A DNA stretch of 64,000 bases from an uncultured Acidobacteriota bacterium (lineage in GTDB: Bacteria; Acidobacteriota; Vicinamibacteria; Vicinamibacterales; CAVVIG01), in NCBI GenBank assembly GCA_963792785.1, contig CAWBXO010000004.1, forward strand, positions 770,278-834,277, read 5' to 3'. Shown here piece after piece: positions 44,759-51,343 of the stretch. The notes under the pieces were generated by a model. It was given only the letters and a program-made list of their open reading frames with translations. It searched no databases and had not been told where the DNA came from. The position numbers were made by a program, and so were the translations under genes. The stretch's first letter is position 1, and the number at the start of each line of letters is the position of its first letter.

Positions 44759-45331
44759 TTACAGCTTCAACTGGAGAAGCCGCGCCGCGTGATCGCCAAG
44801 GAAGATGTACAGCGCGCAAATCACGCCCTCGCCGATGCCCACGCCGACCAGATATTTAATGAAATTTACACGCAGCAGGCCGCACACGTAGCAAATGATG
44901 TCGGTCGGCACGAGGGGAAAGAAGCTCCACCCGATGATCACGGGCAGCTCGTACCGTTCGAGCATTGCCTTGAGGCGATCGACGTGGCGCTGGTGCCGCC
45001 TCGCGAGCAGTTCCTCGAGGTGCAGCGCCTCGGCGAACCAGTAGATGCTCGCCGCCGAGATCAGGATCCCCGCCATCGTCAGGCCGAAGAGGCGGCCCGG
45101 CGGGAAGAACGGAATGGCCACGACGATGAGCGCGGTGGACGGCACGAGCGTGAAGCCCCGCAGGCACCCGAAGAACAGATAGATCGCCGCGGCGGCCAGC
45201 GCCGAGGCCGACGCGGCCGACTGCAGCCGGCCCTGGACGAACGCGCGATCGAGCACGAGGACGGCGATCGCGGCCGCGATCGTCACGAGCCAGAGGGCGA
45301 CGAGGACGCGCCGGAGGTGATGGTGGTTCAC
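44759..45331 (-). CDS. TVP38/TMEM64 (VTT/DedA-like) membrane protein
   Basis: GTG at 45331 overlaps the upstream stop (GTGA). FFPLVPTDIICYVCGLLRVNF. Confidence 0.65.
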   Translation of the reverse strand: MNHHHLRRVLVALWLVTIAAAIAVLVLDRAFVQGRLQSAASASALAAAAIYLFFGCLRGFTLVPSTALIVVAIPFFPPGRLFGLTMAGILISAASIYWFAEALHLEELLARRHQRHVDRLKAMLERYELPVIIGWSFFPLVPTDIICYVCGLLRVNFIKYLVGVGIGEGVICALYIFLGDHAARLLQLKL

Positions 45332-46083
45332 CGCGCGGGCATGCTGTCGAGAAACGCGCGAAGCATCCGGCCGACGTCCGGTCCGTGATCCAGCACCGCG
45401 CCGATGTGATCGCCCGCGACCGAGGCGAACGTCGCGCCGGGCAGCCGCTCGGCCGCCTCCTGCACGCCCGCGTGCCAGGGATCGTCGACGCCCGCCCACA
45501 GCCGGAGGGGCACGCCGCAGGCGGCCAGCGCCTCGATCGACCCGTCGACGTCGCCAAGCGCGGCCAGGCACGCGCGCAGGGCATCGAGATCGCGCGGCTG
45601 AATCCAGGCGGTCAGCGACGGCGATCGCTTCGTCGCGCGTTCGACGACCGGTTCGAGCGGCGGCAACGGCGTCGACGCCGGCCGCGGGCTCGCCGGCCCG
45701 CGCACCGGATCCCAGCCGCCCAGCGCGAGCGAGCGCAGGCGCCCCGCCTGGAAACAGGCCATGCCGGTGCCGATCCAGGCGCCCATCGAGTAGCCGACGT
45801 AGTGCGCGCGCTCGATGCCGAGCGCGTCGAGCACGGCGGCGATGTCGCCCGCCCGCGCCGCGCGGCCGTAGGCGGGACGATCGATCGGCTTGTCGCTGTC
45901 GCCGTGCCCGAGCGAGTCCACGAGGATCGTCGTGTAGGCCGGTGCGAGCTCGGCGACCACGCCGCGCTCGACCCAGCTGCGGCGGTTCGACAGGAAGCCG
46001 TGCTGCAGGACCACCGGCGGACCGCTGCCGTGGGTCTCGAACGCGATCGCGCAGCCGCGATGGAGGACCGGCGAGGCGGCCAT
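45328..46083 (-). CDS. Alpha/beta-fold hydrolase
   Basis: HGFLSN, nucleophile elbow GYSMGAW, C-terminal His. Confidence 0.85.
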   Translation of the reverse strand: MAASPVLHRGCAIAFETHGSGPPVVLQHGFLSNRRSWVERGVVAELAPAYTTILVDSLGHGDSDKPIDRPAYGRAARAGDIAAVLDALGIERAHYVGYSMGAWIGTGMACFQAGRLRSLALGGWDPVRGPASPRPASTPLPPLEPVVERATKRSPSLTAWIQPRDLDALRACLAALGDVDGSIEALAACGVPLRLWAGVDDPWHAGVQEAAERLPGATFASVAGDHIGAVLDHGPDVGRMLRAFLDSMPAR

Positions 46084-46086
46084 AGG

Positions 46087-46987
46087 TCAGGCGGCGGTGC
46101 CGTAGACGCCGCGATACGACGCCGGCAGCAGCTCGGCGATCCGGCGCCCCACGACGTCCATCAAGACGCGGCGATCCCCGCCCGCGTCGGCGCGCAGCGC
46201 CGCCGCCGCGATCGGCCGGCCCGCGCGCGCGTGAATCGGCACGATGTGGAGCGATTCGTCGCCGACGGGAAACAGCGCCTCGGTCCCCGTAATCCCGATC
46301 GGCAGCACGAACCGGGCCGGCCCATCCAGGTAGCGCGCCACGCCGGGCAGCGCCGGCTGCATGCCGCTCGTGCGGCTGCGCGTGCCCTCGACGAACACCA
46401 GCACCGCGTCGCCGAGCGCGAGGCGCTCGTGGGCGATCTCGATCGACCGCCGCGCCGCGCGCGCCACGTCGCGCGGGTTCATCACCGCGTCCTCGGACGA
46501 CAGCGCGCTGCTCTGCGGCGTCTTGATCGTGCCGAAACAGAGGCTCGAGAAGCGGCGGCGCGTGCTCGAATACACTTTCGGGCCCGCCATCACCGTGAGG
46601 CGATCCGCCAGCTCGTCGCCGCCCGCGCGGTGCAGCAGGATTTCAATCAGGTTGGCGTCGGAGTACCGACAGGTGGTTGACGACGATCAGCGCGGGCTGC
46701 CCCGCCACGGCGCCGACGTGCTCCAGGCCCTCGAACGCCGAGCTCGGCTCGAGCAGCCAGTCCGCCAGCACGTGGTGCACGCGCCGCGCGAGCGGGTCGG
46801 GCGGCGAGTACGTCCAGTCCTGCCCCGCGCGGGCGAGCCGCTCGTTGAGCGAGACGAGCGCCGCCGGTCCCGCGGCATCGATCTCGCGCTTCAGGGCCTG
46901 ACGAAGGTCGGCGATGCCGCCGGACTCCTGATTGGCCAGGAATCCCGTGATGGCGCCGACGATGGCGTCGCGGCCGAAGACGGGCAC
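46087..46987 (-). CDS. PlsC-family lysophospholipid acyltransferase with an apparent 1-nt insertion near 46666-46667
   Basis: VVNHLS is in frame 1. Deleting a G in TCG-G-TAC restores NHLSYSDANLIEILL (HX4D) and joins it to FVEGTRSR in the second ORF. Length minus 1 nt is divisible by 3. Confidence 0.8.
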
Positions 46988-47111
46988 GGGCTCTAGTAAA
47001 CCGCCCCGGCGCCCGATCTGGCAAGGGCCCGCGCGGCGCCGCGGCTTCCCCGCATCACCCTATGCGGCCGTGGTGAAAGTCGACACGGCCTGCGAGGCAC
47101 AGAAAACTGGG

Positions 47112-47173
47112 CCACAGAGACACGGAGACACCGAGAAAACCCTGGCATTCTCTGTGTCTCCGCGTCTCTGTGG
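47112..47173. other. Long hairpin (26-nt arms, 24 of 26 positions paired, 10-nt loop) within a multi-hairpin 220-nt spacer
   Basis: CCACAGAGACACGGAGACACCGAGAA / TTCTCTGTGTCTCCGCGTCTCTGTGG. On the minus strand it is followed by CCCAGTTTTC. Flanking stems are at 47050-47067, 47066-47090 and 47090-47096 paired with 47189-47195. Confidence 0.6.
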
Positions 47174-47221
47174 TTGCTGCCTCCGGGTCTCGCAGCCCAG
47201 AGGCACTTCTGCCACGGGCTG

Positions 47222-47701
47222 CTAGGCCGCCCAGTCCGGATCCGACACCTGCACGCGGATGCCGTCGGGATCGCGCACGAAGAAGTTGTCGCTGGCGGCG
47301 CCCTGCGACTCGAAACCCGCGCCGCGCGCCGCGTCCCGCATCCGCGCCGCGTCGAACCCGTCCGCGCCGACGCAGAAGTGGTCGATGCGGCCGGGCGTGT
47401 CGCTCCGCTGCAGGATCACGATGCCGCCGCCCGGCAGGTCGAAGCCGTGGTTATCGGGCCCCTGCACGACGCGCGTGGGCCCCAGGCCGAACAGCCGCCG
47501 GTAGAACGCCTCGGATCGGGCGAGATCGGCGACCTGCAGGTTGATGTGGTGCAGGTTGCGGCCGCGCGAGACGGGCGCCTCGCCCTGCGCGCCCACCGCG
47601 GCCGGCGCACCCGCGACGACCGCGAGCGCCTGCAGCAACTGGCGGCGGCTGAGCCGCCCCCGTTCGTACGACCCGACCAGCGCGTCGATGCGATCGATCA
47701 T
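47222..47701 (-). CDS. VOC (glyoxalase/bleomycin-resistance/dioxygenase) family protein with a Tat signal
   Basis: SRRQLLQALAVVAGAPAAVGAQG, then HHINLQVADLARSEAFY. Confidence 0.8.
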   Translation of the reverse strand: MIDRIDALVGSYERGRLSRRQLLQALAVVAGAPAAVGAQGEAPVSRGRNLHHINLQVADLARSEAFYRRLFGLGPTRVVQGPDNHGFDLPGGGIVILQRSDTPGRIDHFCVGADGFDAARMRDAARGAGFESQGAASDNFFVRDPDGIRVQVSDPDWAA

Positions 47702-47728
47702 GGCTCCTCCTCCCGCGCGCGCCGCGCG

Positions 47729-48460
47729 CTAGAGCTCGATGACAAGGCCGTCGTGCGCCGTCTCGGCCCCGAGCGTGCCGGACCGCGCAATCATCTCCGG
47801 GCCCAGGTGCGTGAGCACCAGTCGCGCGCACGAGAGCCGGGGCCGGTGGCGTTCGAGCGTCTCGAAATCGATGTGAGCGCCGACCGCGTGCTCGTGGAAC
47901 GTGCACTCGCAGATGAAGAGGTCGGCGCCCGCCGAGGCGTCGATGAGCGCATCGGTCCAGGCGGTGTCGCCGGAGAAGACGATCGTCCGGCCGCCGGCCT
48001 CGACCCGCAGGGCGTGCGCCGGCGCGCCGCTCGGGTGCACCGCGGGAAACGGCGTGACGCGCAGCCCGTCGACCGCCGCAGCCGTACCGGCGGTGAGCGT
48101 CTGGAACGCCGTGGCGAACGGCCGGCGCGCATGAAACGAGCCGGGGTAGAACGCGTCCATCGCCGCCGCGACGCGCGCCTCGGCGCCCTCGGGGCCGGCG
48201 ATCGTCAACGGCAGCGAGCGCCCCCTGTACTGCCCCTCGAGCAGCAGAAACGGCAGGCCGCCGAAGTGATCGCCGTGCAGGTGGGTGAGGAGGATCGTGC
48301 GGATGGCGTGGGGATTGGCGCCCGCGGCGTTGAGCGCCGTGAGCGCGGTGGCCCCGCAGTCGAACAGAAACGGCGCGCCGGCGCCCTCGACGAGGATGCT
48401 GGTGTGGAACCGGCCGCCGCTGCTGAACGCGTCGCCCGTGCCGAGGAACCGGACCCGCAC
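47729..48460 (-). CDS. MBL-fold metallo-hydrolase
   Basis: LLTHLHGDHFGG. Confidence 0.85.
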   Translation of the reverse strand: MRVRFLGTGDAFSSGGRFHTSILVEGAGAPFLFDCGATALTALNAAGANPHAIRTILLTHLHGDHFGGLPFLLLEGQYRGRSLPLTIAGPEGAEARVAAAMDAFYPGSFHARRPFATAFQTLTAGTAAAVDGLRVTPFPAVHPSGAPAHALRVEAGGRTIVFSGDTAWTDALIDASAGADLFICECTFHEHAVGAHIDFETLERHRPRLSCARLVLTHLGPEMIARSGTLGAETAHDGLVIEL

Positions 48461-48487
48461 TATTCGGGAGCCCGTCTCACGCGGGCG

Positions 48488-48931
48488 CTAGCGCTGCGGC
48501 GTCGCCCGGTATTCGGCATCCGAAACCGGCTCGAGCCATTTCACGGCGCCCGCGTAGATCGTCCACTGCAGGGCGTCCTCGTCCGGCGCGGCGCCGTGCC
48601 AGTGCTCCACGCCGGCCGGCGTGTACCAGGGCTCGCCCGGGTTGACGACCCGCACCGGCTTGCCGCGCTCCTGCGTGCGGCCGTGGCCCGTCTCGACCAT
48701 CAGCAGCTGGCCCTGCTCGTGCGAATGCCAGTTCGACCGGCTGCCGGCGGGAAAGATCAGCTTCGACGTGTTCAGGCCGCCCAGGTCCGCGCGCGAGGGC
48801 GTGCCGCCCATGAAGTGGCTTTGCTGCGCCGACGGCCGCGACTGGCTCGCCAGCAGCAGGCCGACGAAGGCCACGGCGGCGATCACCGAGAGCGCCAGCC
48901 GCAAGCGCGATGGTAGGCGTCGAACGTCCAT
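48488..48931 (-). CDS. Cupin-domain protein with an N-terminal anchor or signal
   Basis: ATG at 48931 after GAGGAGGG. NWHSHEQGQLLMVETG ... PAGVEHWHGA. Confidence 0.8.
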   Translation of the reverse strand: MDVRRLPSRLRLALSVIAAVAFVGLLLASQSRPSAQQSHFMGGTPSRADLGGLNTSKLIFPAGSRSNWHSHEQGQLLMVETGHGRTQERGKPVRVVNPGEPWYTPAGVEHWHGAAPDEDALQWTIYAGAVKWLEPVSDAEYRATPQR

Positions 48932-48963
48932 CGGTCCCTCCTCTGTGAGTCGCAGTCTAGCGC

Positions 48964-49419
48964 CTATTTCGCGGGCAGCGGAATAAAAAGCGAGACGCGA
49001 TCCTCGGTGCCGACGCCGCGGGAGATGTGACCCTTCCCCGTGGTGTCCTCCGCGAGCAGAATGTGGCCTGGCGTGAGCTGGACCGTCCCGCCGCCCGACA
49101 ACTCGACTTCTCCACGCCCGCTCAGCGTGATCACGTACTGCCGGCGCGGCGCGTTGTGCCAGTCCTGGAAGTACCCGGGCGACTGACGGCGGAACTGCAG
49201 GCCGTCGACGGCGATCATCTCGGACAGCTCGGTCGACCCGCGCCCGGCCAGATCGATCGGCACCTGCTCGGCGTGCGTCAGGCCGTCTGGCCCGGTGAAG
49301 ATCCGCGTCGCCACGACCGGCGTGCGCGACTGCGCCGCGACCTCGTCGCGCGCGGACACCGCGGTCCACGCCACGATGGCGACGAGCACGGTGAACAGGA
49401 ATGCGATCTTCTTGGTCAT
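48964..49419 (-). CDS. Secreted cupin-like hypothetical protein
   Basis: Signal MTKKIAFLFTVLVAIVAWTAVSA. WHNAPRRQYVITLSGRGEVEL ... GKGHISR. Confidence 0.6.
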   Translation of the reverse strand: MTKKIAFLFTVLVAIVAWTAVSARDEVAAQSRTPVVATRIFTGPDGLTHAEQVPIDLAGRGSTELSEMIAVDGLQFRRQSPGYFQDWHNAPRRQYVITLSGRGEVELSGGGTVQLTPGHILLAEDTTGKGHISRGVGTEDRVSLFIPLPAK

Positions 49420-49423
49420 GGCA

Positions 49424-49487
49424 AATTACCCAATTACCCAATTACCCAATTACCCAATCACCAGATCACCCAATCACCACATCACCA
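49424..49487. repeat. 8 x 8-nt tandem array filling the whole P450-cupin spacer
   Basis: Plus strand reads AATTACCC x4, then AATCACCA, GATCACCC, AATCACCA, CATCACCA. The sense strand reads TGGTGATG TGGTGATT GGGTGATC TGGTGATT (GGGTAATT)x4. Confidence 0.92.
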
Positions 49488-49490
49488 CAT

Positions 49491-50843
49491 TCAGCCTCGC
49501 CCCTCCCCCGTCATCATCATGCCGTGCTTGGCGCGCAGCGTGATGAGCGGCTGCGGCACGGCGCGATGGCCGGGCACGTGCGCCAGCCGCCAGCGCTGCG
49601 CGATCGTCGCGATCAGCAGCGTCATCTCCATCCACGCGAACGACTCGCCGATGCACTGGCGCGACCCGGCGCCAAACGGGAAGAACGCCTGCTTCGGCAG
49701 GGACTCCTTGAACGCCGGCGTCCAGCGCTCAGGCGCGAAACGCTCGGGATCCGGGAACCAGCGCGCGTCCCGCTGGACGACGTACGGGCTCATCATCACC
49801 ACGGTCCGTGACGGCAACGTGTAGCCGCGAACGGCGTAGGGCTCGATCGTGCGGCGGCCGATCAGCCAGGCCGGCGGATACAGACGCAGCGCCTCGTGCG
49901 CGACCTGGTCGGTGTAGCGCAGCGACGCGACATCGGCGAGCGTCGGCAGCCGCCCGCCCAAGACCGAGTCGAGCTCGGCCTCGAGCGCGGCGCGGGCCTC
50001 GGGCCATTCGCTCAGCAGGTACCACGTCCACGTGAGCGCGTTCGCCGTGGTCTCGTGGCCCGCGAGCATCAGCGTCATCGCCTCGTCGCGCACCTGCGCG
50101 TCGGAAAGGCCGCGGCCGTCACCCTCCTCCGCCGTGTCGCGCGCCGCGAGCAGCATCGACAGCAGGTCGCCGTGATCGCGGCCGTCGGCGCGCCGCTCGG
50201 CGATCACGCGGTAGATGATGGCGTCGAGATCGTCGCGGGCCTGACGCGCCTGGCGGAACGCCGGCACCGGCAGCCGCTCGATCGTCTGGCCGAACGGCAG
50301 GAGCCCGATCCAGAAGCTCTCGAGCACGCGCGTCAGCGCCGCGCCGACATCGTCGGCCTGCGCCTCCACGTCCAGATCGAACAACGTGCGCCCGACGATG
50401 GCGAGCGTGAGGTGGTTCATTTCGCGGGCGACGTCGAACGGCTCGCCGGCGCGCCAGCGGCTCTGGGCGCGGTCGGCGCTCTCGACCATCGCCGCCGCGT
50501 ACCGCGCGATGCGATCGCGGTGGAAGGCGGGCTGCAGCAGCCGACGCTCGCGGCGGTGCGTGGCGCCCTCGGCCGTGAGGAGGCCCTCGCCGAGCAGCAC
50601 CTTCGCGCGCTCGAGGCCGCGGCTCTTCGTGAAGTTCGCCTGGTGGGTCACCAGTACGTCGCGGATGTCCTGCGGCGCGCTCAGGAACACCATCCGCCCG
50701 GCCGGCGTGCGGAACGAGACCACGTCGCCGTACGTGCGGGCGAGATCGGCGAAACGCCGCAGCGGATCCTGCCACGGCGCGATGAACGAGAGCATGGGCC
50801 ACAGCGGCCCGGGAGGCGTGAGCGCGCGGCGTGTGGTGTGCAT
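49491..50843 (-). CDS. Cytochrome P450
   Basis: PPGP hinge near the N-terminus, EALRLYPP, haem loop FPFGAGSRQCIGESFA. Confidence 0.93.
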   Translation of the reverse strand: MHTTRRALTPPGPLWPMLSFIAPWQDPLRRFADLARTYGDVVSFRTPAGRMVFLSAPQDIRDVLVTHQANFTKSRGLERAKVLLGEGLLTAEGATHRRERRLLQPAFHRDRIARYAAAMVESADRAQSRWRAGEPFDVAREMNHLTLAIVGRTLFDLDVEAQADDVGAALTRVLESFWIGLLPFGQTIERLPVPAFRQARQARDDLDAIIYRVIAERRADGRDHGDLLSMLLAARDTAEEGDGRGLSDAQVRDEAMTLMLAGHETTANALTWTWYLLSEWPEARAALEAELDSVLGGRLPTLADVASLRYTDQVAHEALRLYPPAWLIGRRTIEPYAVRGYTLPSRTVVMMSPYVVQRDARWFPDPERFAPERWTPAFKESLPKQAFFPFGAGSRQCIGESFAWMEMTLLIATIAQRWRLAHVPGHRAVPQPLITLRAKHGMMMTGEGRG

Positions 50844-50845
50844 GG

Positions 50846-50884
50846 CTGAAAAAGCAAAAGGGCGACGATCGCGCGATCGCCGCC
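50846..50884 (-). terminator. Intrinsic-terminator-like hairpin plus U-tract ending 5 nt before the P450 ATG
   Basis: Sense strand reads GGCGGCGATCGC GCGATCGTCGCC, followed by CTTTTGCTTTTT, then CAGCC and ATG. Confidence 0.55.
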
Positions 50885-50896
50885 CTCCGTCTGGTG

Positions 50897-50929
50897 AATC
50901 ACCAGATTAGCAAAATTACCCAATTATCA
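50897..50929. repeat. Degenerate relative of the 49424 array (AATCACCA, GATTAGCA, AATTACCC, AATTATCA)
   Basis: It shares the words AATCACC and AATTACCC with the array on the other side of the P450 gene. A promoter-like TTGGCC-17 nt-TAATTT is embedded on the sense strand (50913-50941). Confidence 0.6.
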
Positions 50930-50943
50930 AGTGCCGGCCAAAC

Positions 50944-51234
50944 CTATTTGAGGTGCTTGCTGACCAGCTTCGTCATCTGGAACATGTTGACCGACGACTT
51001 GCCGCCGAACACGGCCTTCAACGCCGCGTCCGCGTTGATCATGCGGCGGTTCGTCTTGTCCTGGAGCTTGTGCTTCTTGATGTACTCCCACAACTTCTTG
51101 GTGACCTGCGTGCGCGGCAGCGGCTTGGAGCCGACCACCTCAGCGAGCGCCGCGCTGGGCGTCATGGGTTTCATGAACGCCGCGCTCGGTTTCCGCTTGG
51201 ACTTCTTCTTCGCCTTCTTCGCCTTCTTCGCCAT
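50944..51234 (-). CDS. SWIB/MDM2-domain protein with a lysine-rich N-terminal tail
   Basis: MAKKAKKAKKKSKRK, then LAEVVGSKPLPRTQVTKKLWEYIKKHKLQD. Confidence 0.85.
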   Translation of the reverse strand: MAKKAKKAKKKSKRKPSAAFMKPMTPSAALAEVVGSKPLPRTQVTKKLWEYIKKHKLQDKTNRRMINADAALKAVFGGKSSVNMFQMTKLVSKHLK

Positions 51235-51343
51235 GTCGGCTCCTTCTGGACGCGGGAACAGCGTCGGCGCGCAGAGTACCACGAAATCGCCTGCGCGTGG
51301 GGGCTTCCGAGGGGATTTTCCTCTCGGAACACGCGCCGCGGCG

